A stretch of 64,000 nucleotides of DNA from an uncultured Candidatus Saccharibacteria bacterium (GTDB lineage Bacteria; Patescibacteriota; Minisyncoccia; Phycocordibacterales; JAACPR01): positions 245,389-309,388 of the forward strand of contig CAZIEY010000001.1 in NCBI GenBank assembly GCA_964538855.1, read 5' to 3'. Below the pieces are notes generated by a model, which saw nothing but the letters and a program-made list of their open reading frames with translations, made no database searches and had not been told where the DNA came from. Of the stretch, positions 9,777 to 19,801 are shown in pieces. The stretch's first letter is position 1, and each line of letters begins with the position of its first letter. The position numbers and the translations under genes are program-made.

Positions 9777-10865
9777 ATGTCAGATAAAAAAACAAACAAA
9801 AAACACGATTATAAAGTTTTGAGCAAGGACGAAAAACAAAAAGTTGCGACCTTAGAAATTGAATTGCCTGCCACAGCTCTAGAATCACACAAGGACAAGG
9901 CTCTCAAAAACCTCAGTAAACACATAGAGTTAAAAGGTTTCCGCAAAGGCACCGCTCCGGCCAAAATGGTCGAAGAAACCGTTGGACCAATGCATGTATT
10001 GGAAGAAATGGCACAACTTGCAATTTACGATGTTTTGCCGAACGTTATCGAAAACGAAAAAATCGAAGCCCTTCTCCAGCCGCGCATCGCTGTGACAAAA
10101 ATTGCTGCGGGTAATCCACTCGTATTCAAGGCGGAATTTGTGCTCGTACCCGACATCAAATTAGCTGACTACAAAAAGGTTGCGAAATCTGTCCCGGTAG
10201 AAAAAGACACCAAAATCACCGATAAAGAAATCGAGGAATACATTCAGTACCTTAGAAAATCTCGTGGTGAGGCGGAACATATGCGCCGCAAGACTTCAGC
10301 CGATGCAAAAGAACGTGAATTAGCTCTCGAATTAAAAGAAGCTCCCCTTCCTGAATTTAATGACGAATTTGTAAAAACTCTCGGTGATTTCAAAAACGCA
10401 GAAGAATTCAAAAAAGTTCTCAGCGAAAATATGCAAAAAGAGAAGGAAAACAAAGCTGCGCAAAAACGCCGACTTGAAATCATGGAGAAAATTATCGAAG
10501 CTTCTAAAATCGATTTGCCCGAAGTCATGATCGAAGATGAATTACATCGCATGATGCACCAATTCAGAGATGACATAGAGGCTGCGAAAATTGATTTTGC
10601 TGACTACATGAAGGAAATCAAAAAAACCGAGGACGATATGAAAAAAGAGTGGCGCCCTGACGCAATCAAGCGCGTCATGATGAATTTAATTGTGCCGAAA
10701 ATCGCGCTCGAAGAAAAAATCGAAGCTGACAAAAAACAAGTCGCGCATGAAGTCAAACACCTCCGAGAACATCACAAAGATCTCGATGAAGCCAAAGCAA
10801 CTGCGTACGTCTCATACATGCTGCGCAATGACGCCGTGTTTGCATTTCTTGAATCTATTAAATAA
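9777..10865 (+). CDS. tig: Trigger factor, apparently lacking the FKBP domain
   Basis: GFRKG ribosome-binding motif, PEFNDEF, upstream of clpP; 362 aa. Confidence 0.92.
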   Translation: MSDKKTNKKHDYKVLSKDEKQKVATLEIELPATALESHKDKALKNLSKHIELKGFRKGTAPAKMVEETVGPMHVLEEMAQLAIYDVLPNVIENEKIEALLQPRIAVTKIAAGNPLVFKAEFVLVPDIKLADYKKVAKSVPVEKDTKITDKEIEEYIQYLRKSRGEAEHMRRKTSADAKERELALELKEAPLPEFNDEFVKTLGDFKNAEEFKKVLSENMQKEKENKAAQKRRLEIMEKIIEASKIDLPEVMIEDELHRMMHQFRDDIEAAKIDFADYMKEIKKTEDDMKKEWRPDAIKRVMMNLIVPKIALEEKIEADKKQVAHEVKHLREHHKDLDEAKATAYVSYMLRNDAVFAFLESIK

Positions 10866-10893
10866 GCTATAATCAAACCTAACCACACATATT

Positions 10894-11475
10894 ATGTTAA
10901 TCCCAACCGTAATCGAGAAATCACAATTCGGCGAGCGTGCGTATGATATTTATTCGCGACTTCTCAAAGACAATATTATCTTTTTGAGCGGACCTATCGA
11001 CGATCATGTCGCAAACATTGTCATCGCGCAATTGCTATTTTTACAATCCGAAGATTCCAAAAAAGACATTTCGCTCTACATCAATTCACCGGGTGGTTCG
11101 ATCAGCGCAGGTCTTGCGATTATCGACGCGATGAATTACATCAAAAACGACATTACGACTGTTTGTGTTGGAATGGCTGCATCTATGGGTGCCGTTATTT
11201 TGTCAGCTGGTAAAAAAGGCAAGCGCTTCATTTTACCAAATGCCGAAGTCATGATTCATCAACCGCATGGTGGTGCCGAAGGTCAAGCTTCTGATATCGA
11301 AATCAGCGCGAAACGAATTATCAAAAGCCGCGAGACTTTGAATAAAATGCTCGCGAAAAACACCGGGCAGCCTCTCGCTCGAGTGGAAAAAGATGCCGAC
11401 CGAGACTTCTTTATGTCAGCCGAAGAAGCGAAAAAGTACGGCATTATCGACAAGATTTTGGTGGTTACGAAATAA
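10894..11475 (+). CDS. clpP: Clp protease proteolytic subunit
   Basis: [25 protein letters not shown]. Confidence 0.98.
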   Translation: MLIPTVIEKSQFGERAYDIYSRLLKDNIIFLSGPIDDHVANIVIAQLLFLQSEDSKKDISLYINSPGGSISAGLAIIDAMNYIKNDITTVCVGMAASMGAVILSAGKKGKRFILPNAEVMIHQPHGGAEGQASDIEISAKRIIKSRETLNKMLAKNTGQPLARVEKDADRDFFMSAEEAKKYGIIDKILVVTK

Positions 11476-11520
11476 ATTTTTTAAACGAAAAGCCCCGCAT
11501 ATATCTCGCGGGGCTTTTTC

Positions 11521-12393
11521 CTATGTAGAAAGAACTTGAAACGGTCCAAAAGTAATGTGCTTTACAACTGCACGTTCAAACTCTTGGAGCGCTTCATTGA
11601 AAGAACTAATTCTCCTTTGCTCCACCTCGACCTCGATGGCAAAATCATACGTGCCGTTATTCACATGCACAGAATGAATCTGCATCAAGTTCAAACCGCG
11701 TTTTTCCCACGGCTCCAAAGCGCGAACAAGTGCGCCTGGCGCATCAGCGGTTCGAAACACAATCAGCGCTCGATTCTGTTCTCCGATCACACGACCACAC
11801 GCAGTCGATCCAAGCAAGAAAAACGTGGTGATAGCCGTCGCATCTTCACACGCATCCGCGACGATATTCAAGCCGAACTTTTCCGCTGCCGAAATAGGCC
11901 CGAGCGCAGCCCATGTACCGAAACCAGAATCTTCTGCGACCATGCGTGCAGCCTCTCCGTTACTGGTCGCTTCTTTGGTAGGCACCTCCAGTCGGCCCAC
12001 ATTCCCCCTACACGCACCCAGAGCCTTTGGATGGGCCACCACACCTGTCACCTGTGACAGTGCCACACCGGCTCGAGCCATCAGACAGAAGCTCAGTTTC
12101 ATTTTCAACGCACGAATAACTGAAAAAGGTCTCGTACTGTTGTCATAATTACCGAGCAATCCAATGAAAGCTTCGAGTGGCTCAGCGACACGGCCCTGCG
12201 CGGCGGTTTCCATTGCAATCGCACCAAAACCTCCATGCTGTACAATCGCTTCAATCACCTTCGGATTGGTAGGAACGGGCTGATAATCCGCCTCTTTTCC
12301 AATCGGAGCCCCATATTCAGTTGCCAGTCTGTGATAAGCAACATCAGAAAACGTCGCTCCCAGAGGACCCAAAAACGTCACGCGATTATTCAT
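11521..12393 (-). CDS. pheA: Prephenate dehydratase with C-terminal ACT domain
   Basis: FLGPLGATFS, HPKALGAC, TTFF, DAPGAL...GLNL; AGGAGG upstream. Confidence 0.85.
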   Translation of the reverse strand: MNNRVTFLGPLGATFSDVAYHRLATEYGAPIGKEADYQPVPTNPKVIEAIVQHGGFGAIAMETAAQGRVAEPLEAFIGLLGNYDNSTRPFSVIRALKMKLSFCLMARAGVALSQVTGVVAHPKALGACRGNVGRLEVPTKEATSNGEAARMVAEDSGFGTWAALGPISAAEKFGLNIVADACEDATAITTFFLLGSTACGRVIGEQNRALIVFRTADAPGALVRALEPWEKRGLNLMQIHSVHVNNGTYDFAIEVEVEQRRISSFNEALQEFERAVVKHITFGPFQVLST

Positions 12394-12440
12394 ACTCTCC
12401 TCCTTACGTTGCGCTTGCGCGCGGTTTGTGGTTTAAGCCT

Positions 12441-12475
12441 AAAAACAAAAATCCGCCACCCGGAGTGGGTGACGG
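12441..12475 (-). terminator. Attenuator terminator in the pheA leader
   Basis: Minus strand CCGTCACCC-actcc-GGGTGGCGG followed by ATTTTTGTTTTT. Confidence 0.75.
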
Positions 12476-12500
12476 TTGTTTTCAAACTTGTGATACGACA

Positions 12501-12566
12501 CTAATTCACCCCTCGGATGTCCGAATTTGAGAAATTAGATGTGAAAAATGAATTTGTATGTATCAC
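12501..12566 (-). CDS. Putative Phe leader peptide (MIHTNSFFTSNFSNSDIRGVN)
   Basis: GTG-start 21-codon ORF with FF and F, directly upstream of the terminator and pheA. Confidence 0.6.
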   Translation of the reverse strand: MIHTNSFFTSNFSNSDIRGVN

Positions 12567-12595
12567 AGGTGTATATAATATCAAAAAAAGTGACC

Positions 12596-12624
12596 TTGCA
12601 AAACCCCCTCCAAAAGCATAGTAT
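12596..12624 (+). promoter_or_regulatory. Sigma70 promoter of rny
   Basis: TTGCAA-17-TAGTAT. Confidence 0.6.
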
Positions 12625-12649
12625 TCATTTGTAATACACTCATAAAACC

Positions 12650-14179
12650 ATGCAATTAATCATCGTTTTACTCATTGCAGCAGCGTCAGGGCTCGCCGGT
12701 ATCGCGGTAGGATGGTTTTTACGCTTTATTATTGCACTCGGACGACGCGGTTCAATGGAGCTCGAGATCAAAGAAATGATGCTCACTGCGCGTGAACAAG
12801 CCGAAAAAATCACGTCGCTTGCAGAAAAAAAGGCTGAAACAATCATCGCCGAATCGCGCGCCCAAGCCAAAAAAGAAGAAGATCGCATTCAGAAAACCGA
12901 AGATCGCCTCATCAACAAAGAGGCGCTGCTCGACAAACGTCAAATTGACCTCGACGCGGAATTTGAAAATCAAAAGGAAAAATACGCAGAAATCGAAGCT
13001 TTGCGTGTGAAACTCGAAAACGAAATCGACAAAAAAACTGAGGAGTTGCAAAAAATCGCCGATGTTTCACGCGAGGACGCCAAAAAAATGCTTCTCGAAC
13101 AGCTTGAAAAAGACTATTCCGAGGATTTGGCGGTGCGCATTCAGAAATTAAGCACTTCAAATCGCGACACTATGGACAAAAAAGCCAAGGAAATTCTCGC
13201 GGCTGCGATCCAGCGCCTCGGGACAGCAGTACCAGCCGACATTTTCTCCTCGGTCATTGATTTGAAAAACGAGGAAATCAAAGGAAAAATCATCGGAAAA
13301 GAAGGGCGAAACATCAAAACATTTGAACGCCTCACAGGGGTTGAGATTTTGATAGATGACACCCCTGGCATTATTACCCTTTCTTCATATGATCCGGTGC
13401 GCCGGGAAATCGCCAAAGTCGCCCTGGAAAGCCTCATTCAAGACGGTCGCATTCAACCTGCCAAAATCGAACATTATATTGAAAAAGCTCAAAAGGAAGT
13501 CAATGAAATCATTCGCAAACAAGGTGAAAAGGCTGCCTACGAATGCGGAGTCTTTGACTTGGACCCTAAATTACTCGTTATTTTAGGCCGTCTCCATTAT
13601 CGAACGAGCTTCGGTCAAAACATTTTGCAACACTCTATTGAAATGGCACATTTGGCCGGTATGATTGCCGAAGAACTGGGTGCAGACGTAAAAATCGCAA
13701 AAGCAGGCGCATTATTACACGATATTGGTAAAGCAATCGATCACGAAGTCGCCGGCTCTCACCTCGAAATCGGACGACGCATTTTGCAGAAATTCAACGT
13801 CGATGAACGTATTATCAAAGCAATGCAAGCCCATCACGAAACATATCCATTCGAAACTGTTGAATCAATTATCGTATATGTGTGTGATCATATTTCAGGA
13901 GGTCGCCCAGGCGCACGACGCGATAATGCAGAAAATTACATCAAGCGACTTTCAGACCTCGAAGCTATTGCCAACTCATTCGAAGGTGTGGTGAAATCAT
14001 ACGCTATCCAAGCGGGTCGTGAGATACGCATTTTCGTCAATCCAGAGGCCGTCAGCGATACCGAAGCAGCCAAAATAGCTCGAAATATAGCCCTTAAAAT
14101 AGAAAAAGAGATAAAATACCCTGGCGAAATTCGCATCACTGTTATACGCGAAAACAAGATTGTTGAATTTGCTCGATAA
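12650..14179 (+). CDS. rny: Ribonuclease Y
   Basis: N-terminal TM, coiled coil, KH (IIGKEGRNI), HD (LLHDIGK), RPGAR. Confidence 0.97.
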   Translation: MQLIIVLLIAAASGLAGIAVGWFLRFIIALGRRGSMELEIKEMMLTAREQAEKITSLAEKKAETIIAESRAQAKKEEDRIQKTEDRLINKEALLDKRQIDLDAEFENQKEKYAEIEALRVKLENEIDKKTEELQKIADVSREDAKKMLLEQLEKDYSEDLAVRIQKLSTSNRDTMDKKAKEILAAAIQRLGTAVPADIFSSVIDLKNEEIKGKIIGKEGRNIKTFERLTGVEILIDDTPGIITLSSYDPVRREIAKVALESLIQDGRIQPAKIEHYIEKAQKEVNEIIRKQGEKAAYECGVFDLDPKLLVILGRLHYRTSFGQNILQHSIEMAHLAGMIAEELGADVKIAKAGALLHDIGKAIDHEVAGSHLEIGRRILQKFNVDERIIKAMQAHHETYPFETVESIIVYVCDHISGGRPGARRDNAENYIKRLSDLEAIANSFEGVVKSYAIQAGREIRIFVNPEAVSDTEAAKIARNIALKIEKEIKYPGEIRITVIRENKIVEFAR

Positions 14180-14292
14180 TGTGGGGTGCTTGCATTCTGT
14201 TGCTACAAAAACCCTTATTTTATATAATGTTTGGGTGCGCAATGAGAAGCTAACAAGGCACTTTTATTAAAATAACTTCACGAATAAAAACC

Positions 14293-14565
14293 ATGAATAA
14301 AGCAAGCTTAGTTGATGTAATCCACGGAGTACTCGGTGGAACAAAAGTTCAAGCAGAACAAGTTGTTGATACACTTTTCGACACAATCACTGCATCTTTG
14401 AAAAAAGGTGAAGAAGTATCAGTAGCAGGTTTCGGAATCTTTTCAGTAAAAGACCGAGCAGCTCGAACAGCTCGAAACCCACGAACTGGCGAAACTGTAC
14501 AAGTTGCCGCTATGAAAGTTCCAAAGTTCAAGGCTGCTAAGGCTTTGAAAGATTCAGTTAAATAA
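14293..14565 (+). CDS. hup: HU DNA-binding protein
   Basis: GFGIF, ARNPRTGE, PKFKA. Confidence 0.97.
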   Translation: MNKASLVDVIHGVLGGTKVQAEQVVDTLFDTITASLKKGEEVSVAGFGIFSVKDRAARTARNPRTGETVQVAAMKVPKFKAAKALKDSVK

Positions 14566-14605
14566 GACTGTCTCCCGCGCGGTGCACTATGTGCCGAGCA
14601 TAAAC

Positions 14606-14640
14606 AAAAACCCCGCCGTGATGGTGGGGTTTTTGTTTGT
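14606..14640 (+). terminator. Intrinsic terminator
   Basis: aaaaaccccgcc/ggtggggttttt. Confidence 0.75.
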
Positions 14641-14754
14641 TTGCTTTTATAAAATACTTTGGCTAGACTGACAAAGGAGTCGATTTTATCGACAAGCTTC
14701 ACACACAGCTAAAGTGTGCAAATGAACACTGACAACGCATTGGAGGATTATCTC

Positions 14755-15696
14755 ATGATCAGGTTTTCGAATGGACATCAATTTGAGTACATGACCGCAG
14801 GTGGAGCACTCGGCTTCGACGGTCGTGGCTGGATGTGGGAATGGCCGTTGAAATGGTGCGGGCTAATGAAGCCTCGCCTCTTCACGATCGTTCTGCGAAC
14901 CCTAACTTCAGACCCACGAACATGGAACACTGATCCGGCGGCAAACTTGTCCTGGATTCGTCCGTGGACTTGGTTGCCCTGGAGTCCGTGGTCCTGCGTT
15001 CGGTTCTTGCCGAACGGTGGCGCAGTCAACAAGGTCGGTCTTTATAACCCCGGCATTGATTGGTGGTGCAATGAAGTTGCGCCACATCTCGACTACGCAA
15101 ACCAACCTCTGGTCGGTTCAATCTTTGGGAACGAAGACGAACTGGTCCCGATGGCGCACCGAATGGACGCCTACGATCTAGTTGGACTTGAAGTCAACTG
15201 TTCCTGCCCGAACTCTGGGCACAGAATGGACGCGGTGGCCAAAGTGGTGGAGGGAGTGTCTGCAGTGAAGGCCAGGTCTCGACATCCCATCATTGTTAAG
15301 GTCTCCGTTGATCAAGATTACATCGCCATCGCACGCGGACTCAAAGGAATTGCGGAAGCGATCTCCCTGAACAGTGTTCCCTGGAACACTGCGTTTCCAG
15401 GAGGGGCGTGCAAAACCCCTCTCTGGAGACTTGAAAAGCGAGTCAAGGGTGGAGGTGGCGGTGTGTCCGGGAAACCGGCACAACGAGCCAACTGGAAAGC
15501 TGTCGAGGAATTGGCGGCTGACGGTTCGCTTCCTGTTATTGGGCCAAGCATCATGGAATACGAAGACATGGATCGTGTCCGGACTCTCGGCGCAAAAGCC
15601 GTGAGTTTCGGCGCGATTCACCTTCGCACTCCATGGAGGCCAACGCAATTCGTTGAAAGAGAAACCCTGAAACAGAAAGGACAAGGTGGAGTATGA
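14755..15696 (+). CDS. pyrD: Dihydroorotate dehydrogenase-like, class 1
   Basis: AVNKVGLYNPG, EVNCSCPN, SLNS, GGVSG; GGAGG before ATG 14755; overlaps pyrC start. Confidence 0.8.
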   Translation: MIRFSNGHQFEYMTAGGALGFDGRGWMWEWPLKWCGLMKPRLFTIVLRTLTSDPRTWNTDPAANLSWIRPWTWLPWSPWSCVRFLPNGGAVNKVGLYNPGIDWWCNEVAPHLDYANQPLVGSIFGNEDELVPMAHRMDAYDLVGLEVNCSCPNSGHRMDAVAKVVEGVSAVKARSRHPIIVKVSVDQDYIAIARGLKGIAEAISLNSVPWNTAFPGGACKTPLWRLEKRVKGGGGGVSGKPAQRANWKAVEELAADGSLPVIGPSIMEYEDMDRVRTLGAKAVSFGAIHLRTPWRPTQFVERETLKQKGQGGV

Positions 15697-16742
15697 GCAA
15701 AGTACAACTGAGGATTCGCAGGTGGTTTGAGCGCCACTTGCACGTTCGCGATGGTGCGATGATGAGCGCAGTACTCCCGTGCACGATTCAACAACGTGCG
15801 ACGGGAGCGATCATCATGCCGAATCTACAGCCCGACCCGATCACCACGATCGAAAGGGCAGAGGCCTATCGTGATCGGATTCTGGCCGCTCGCGGCGACT
15901 CCGACTTTGTGCCATGCATGACCTGCTATCTGACGGATCACACCGATCCCGAAGAAGTCGTGAGAGGTTTCAAAGGAGGCGTCTGGCGAGCAGTGAAACT
16001 CTACATGGCCAATCAACAAGGCCAAGGTGGAACCACTGGTTCGGCACATGGCGTGAGAGATCTACTCAGCCGCTACTCGGTGTTTGAAGCAATGGAAGAA
16101 CATCAAATTCCACTGCTCGGACATTTTGAAGCGGTTGAGGACGATGTTGACGAATTCGATCGCGAGATCGTCTCCGTTGACCGCGATCTCGCGCCCATTC
16201 TGGGGCATTTCCCGAAATTGCCGGTGGTCTTTGAGCACCTCACGGACGGACGCGCAGCGGAATATGTCGCCTCGCTCGGTGACAACGTCAATGCCACAGT
16301 GACGGCGCATCATCTCATGATCAATCGGAATGCAATGTTTGCGGGAGGAATGAATCCTACCAACTACTGCAGACCGGTGCCGAAACGTGAGAAACACCGC
16401 CTGAAGGTTCGCAAGTATGTGACGGATGGAAACAAACATTTCGGAGCAGGGACTGACTCTGCGCCACATGATGTTTCCAAAAAATCACAGCCTTGTGGCT
16501 GTGCTGCGGGAATATTCACCGCACCGAATGCTGTGGAACTGTACACTCAGGTGTTCGACGAGGACGGCGCGCTCGACAAACTCGCAGCGTTTCTCTCGGA
16601 AAATTTCCTGGACATCTACGGCATGAAGCCCAGCGATCAGATGATGGTCATTGAGCGGAAACCTTTCGAGGTGCCCGACACAGTGAACAACGTCAAAGTC
16701 TTCAAGGGTGGTGAGGTCCTCCCCTGGAAACTCGTTGGGTGA
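15693..16742 (+). CDS. pyrC: Dihydroorotase, E. coli-like homodimeric type
   Basis: HLHVRDG, MPNL, KLY, FEH, GTDSAPH, CGCAAGIF. Confidence 0.93.
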   Translation: MSKVQLRIRRWFERHLHVRDGAMMSAVLPCTIQQRATGAIIMPNLQPDPITTIERAEAYRDRILAARGDSDFVPCMTCYLTDHTDPEEVVRGFKGGVWRAVKLYMANQQGQGGTTGSAHGVRDLLSRYSVFEAMEEHQIPLLGHFEAVEDDVDEFDREIVSVDRDLAPILGHFPKLPVVFEHLTDGRAAEYVASLGDNVNATVTAHHLMINRNAMFAGGMNPTNYCRPVPKREKHRLKVRKYVTDGNKHFGAGTDSAPHDVSKKSQPCGCAAGIFTAPNAVELYTQVFDEDGALDKLAAFLSENFLDIYGMKPSDQMMVIERKPFEVPDTVNNVKVFKGGEVLPWKLVG

Positions 16743-16843
16743 AATCCCCAGTTCTTTAGACCTCGAACTCCGGCCACTTGCAAAAGTGCGTCCGGGGTTC
16801 TTTATTTTTATACCTAATCAAATAAAAATTGTGTTTGAAAAAT

Positions 16844-16917
16844 TGGTGCGGGCAGGGAGAATCGAACTCCCGTCTACTGCTTGGAAGGCAGTCATTCTAC
16901 CACTAAACCATGCCCGC
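16844..16917 (-). tRNA. tRNA-Gly(TCC)
   Basis: Cloverleaf, loop CT-TCC-AA, GTTCGATTC, encoded CCA. Confidence 0.96.
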
Positions 16918-16978
16918 GATTAGAAAAATATAGCAGGAAACGAACTTTTATTCAACTCCTTAATCTCTCTGTGTCTCT

Positions 16979-17130
16979 GAAATTTTACATGACTTACATA
17001 TGATTTTTAAGTGGGCTTTCGGAGGACGTTCGGTTTCTCCCAAGTAACGTCCGAGAACGAGCTGAGTTTTTCCGATAGGAAAAACTACAGCGTACCAATC
17101 AAAAATCATATGTAAGTCATGTAGAATTTC
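16979..17130 (+). repeat. 152-nt element with 30-bp terminal inverted repeat and internal hairpins (family B)
   Basis: Arms 16979-17008 and 17101-17130 with one T-G pair; internal ggacgtt/aacgtcc and agtttttcc/ggaaaaact stems. Confidence 0.8.
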
Positions 17131-17146
17131 TGATATACTCTATTTC

Positions 17147-18451
17147 ATGCCACTTCTCGTTCGAATAATTGCCCAGCGCGCACTCGTCGGTATCGGTGCA
17201 GTTATGACCTTTTTTGGAATTGCACCAGAAGCACACATCCCAGACAAAACTCAAATTGTCGCGCAGGTTGAGGAGCGCCAAAACATCATCGTAGAAACTG
17301 TTACAGGTTCTGTCCAAGATAACAACAAAAAACCTGATGAAGTTCCACCGCTCTCGCCTGCCCCAACAGATCCTGTAGTGCCAGCTCGACAAAATCCGAT
17401 TCAAACACAAACTCCAGCTAACCCTCCGAAATTTACCTCGGTTACTGTTCAAACTCCAATTCAAACAAACTTAGAAGAAATCACCGAAACCATTCGAACC
17501 GAAATCGAACATTCAATAGAAGAAATTATTCGCCCCGAAGAGAGACCAGAACCAATTCCGACACCAACACAAGTTCCGCAACCAGAACCGGTACGCAAAC
17601 CTGATCCAGAACCAGAAAAACCAGCATTTTCATCTGACCTCGCGAGCGTCCTCGTAAACATCATTTGCACCCACACAAACGGATCTGCAACAACTGCCTC
17701 AACCGGGAGCGGAGTTATCGTGTCCCCTAGCGGCGTCGTACTCACAAATGCCCACGTCGCGCAATATTTTCTTCTGAAAAACTATTCGCGTCCAAACTTC
17801 CAAACTTGCGCCCTTTATCAGGAAAATATTCCAAATTACGGCTTCAGAGCAGATATTTTATATATTCAACCAGAGTGGGTTAACAAACATTACGACACTA
17901 TCGTCAGCAAAAATCCACGCGGAACCGGCGAGGATGATTATGCGTTTCTAATCATCACCGGCAACACAAACCCAGGACTTTCCCTTCCATCAAAATTCAA
18001 CTACGCACCAATTTCGACGAGCGAGTCTAATTACGATATCGACACAAACATTGATGTCGGAGGTTTCCCTGGTGCACCTGCTTCTATTTTAGACTTGGCC
18101 CGAGCAGGAAGTCTCAAGACCGACAGTACCACAATCACTGATGTCTTTACTCTCGAGAAAAATTCGGTCGACGTCATTTCTACCGACACCACGCCTGTGG
18201 CCCAAAGAGGTGCCTCTGGTGGTGGAGTTTTCCGAAATGGTGAATTGATCGGAATCACTGTCACAACATCAGGAAGCGGTCGAAATGCGAAAATTAACGC
18301 CCTTACTACCGGCTACATCAACCGCGATTTGCGTTCCGACATCGGCACCAGTATTTCTGCCTTTATTTCCGGCGATGTACGCGGACGATCTGCACGATTT
18401 ATACAAGAAGAGTTGCCGGCGCTCGCTGAACTATTGGGTGGGCAGTTGTAA
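17147..18451 (+). CDS. Trypsin-like serine protease with Pro-rich stalk
   Basis: GSGVIV, LTNAHV, DYAF, GASGG. Confidence 0.85.
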   Translation: MPLLVRIIAQRALVGIGAVMTFFGIAPEAHIPDKTQIVAQVEERQNIIVETVTGSVQDNNKKPDEVPPLSPAPTDPVVPARQNPIQTQTPANPPKFTSVTVQTPIQTNLEEITETIRTEIEHSIEEIIRPEERPEPIPTPTQVPQPEPVRKPDPEPEKPAFSSDLASVLVNIICTHTNGSATTASTGSGVIVSPSGVVLTNAHVAQYFLLKNYSRPNFQTCALYQENIPNYGFRADILYIQPEWVNKHYDTIVSKNPRGTGEDDYAFLIITGNTNPGLSLPSKFNYAPISTSESNYDIDTNIDVGGFPGAPASILDLARAGSLKTDSTTITDVFTLEKNSVDVISTDTTPVAQRGASGGGVFRNGELIGITVTTSGSGRNAKINALTTGYINRDLRSDIGTSISAFISGDVRGRSARFIQEELPALAELLGGQL

Positions 18452-18519
18452 GCTATAATTAAACCCCGCTTTATTATTTCGCGGGGTTATGAAAACGATT
18501 TTATACTCTTCGATTTGCT

Positions 18520-18834
18520 TTATTTTCGTTTGAAACGGGGATTTATCTCGCCAATTCGTTCAAAGATGTCAAGCGCAGGAAAAACCACATATAACCCCAT
18601 AAAGAATCGGTACGTATAAATCTCAACCATAGAGTCAATATCATCTCCAGAAATAAAACTCCTCATGTTAGCTATGTATTCGGGGACAAGAATAACTAAA
18701 GGAATGATCGAGAATGCCGATACAAAAATCCATGGCACTATGTCATTCATAAACATCCTCTTCGGCAAAAAGAATGTCGACCAGAAACCAAACCAAATCG
18801 CGCAAACAACAATATCAAAGATAGGCATTTTCAT
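18520..18834 (-). CDS. Small orphan membrane protein
   Basis: Three hydrophobic segments; AGGAG before ATG; divergent from TrmB gene. Confidence 0.6.
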   Translation of the reverse strand: MKMPIFDIVVCAIWFGFWSTFFLPKRMFMNDIVPWIFVSAFSIIPLVILVPEYIANMRSFISGDDIDSMVEIYTYRFFMGLYVVFPALDIFERIGEINPRFKRK

Positions 18835-19028
18835 GCTCCTACATTTCCTGGCTAAACACCATGTTTAACCTTCCCCAACATAATAGCATTTAAAATGTAA
18901 TTAGTCAATATATATCGACATAAATACACTTTAAATAGTCATATTTATCAATCTATTCATACTTATCAACAAAATATTGTGGAAACATATCGACACAGTT
19001 TACTTTTTAGAGTACAATAGAACCAATC

Positions 19029-19796
19029 ATGAACCCCGCCCAACAAGAATTAATTACAAATCTGGTCAATTTTGGCCTCAGCACCAAAGAGGCTGGTGTA
19101 TATATCGCCATTCTTGAACTTGGCAAAGGCACAGTTACCGAAATATCCCGCAAGGCCGGTATAAACAGAACGACGGGTTACGACATTTTAAATTCCCTAT
19201 CTAGTAAAAAGATTGTGAGCGTATCTGGACACGAACCAAAGCAAGAGTACGTTGCAGAACCACCGTCTTCTATTGTGGCTTATTTAAAAAGAGAAGCTGT
19301 ACATCTCGCCGAGCAGATAAAGAAATCAGAAGAAATGGTCGACGATTTAACATTGCTGCATTCCGTACAAAATCGCCCTAAAATTCGTTTTTACGAAGGT
19401 AAAGACGGTCTTAAAAATGTATATGAAGACACTTTGACCAGCACCGAGACTATTCTCGCCTACGCATCAGTTGAAGATGTGCACACTACATTACCAGGAT
19501 ACTTCCCTGCATATTACAAACGACGTGCTCAGAAAAATATTAAAATCAGGGCTATTTTCCCTCACACATCTGAAGCTTTAAAATTAAAGGCTCGTGATGA
19601 AGAAGAAAAGCGCGAAACAATGCTCGTTCCCGCCGATAAATACAATTTTTCCCCGGAAATTAACATTTACGACAATAAAATTATGATTGCGTCGTGGCGA
19701 GAAAAATTAGGAATCACCATCGAGAGTCGCGAAATAGCTGATGCAATGAAAAAGATTTACGAATTAGCCTGGATTGGTGCCAAAACCCTCAAATAG
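19029..19796 (+). CDS. TrmB-family transcriptional regulator
   Basis: wHTH (GINRTTGY), PKIRFYEG, EINIYDNK; paralog of 1780..2508. Confidence 0.87.
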   Translation: MNPAQQELITNLVNFGLSTKEAGVYIAILELGKGTVTEISRKAGINRTTGYDILNSLSSKKIVSVSGHEPKQEYVAEPPSSIVAYLKREAVHLAEQIKKSEEMVDDLTLLHSVQNRPKIRFYEGKDGLKNVYEDTLTSTETILAYASVEDVHTTLPGYFPAYYKRRAQKNIKIRAIFPHTSEALKLKARDEEEKRETMLVPADKYNFSPEINIYDNKIMIASWREKLGITIESREIADAMKKIYELAWIGAKTLK

Positions 19797-19801
19797 TCTT
19801 T

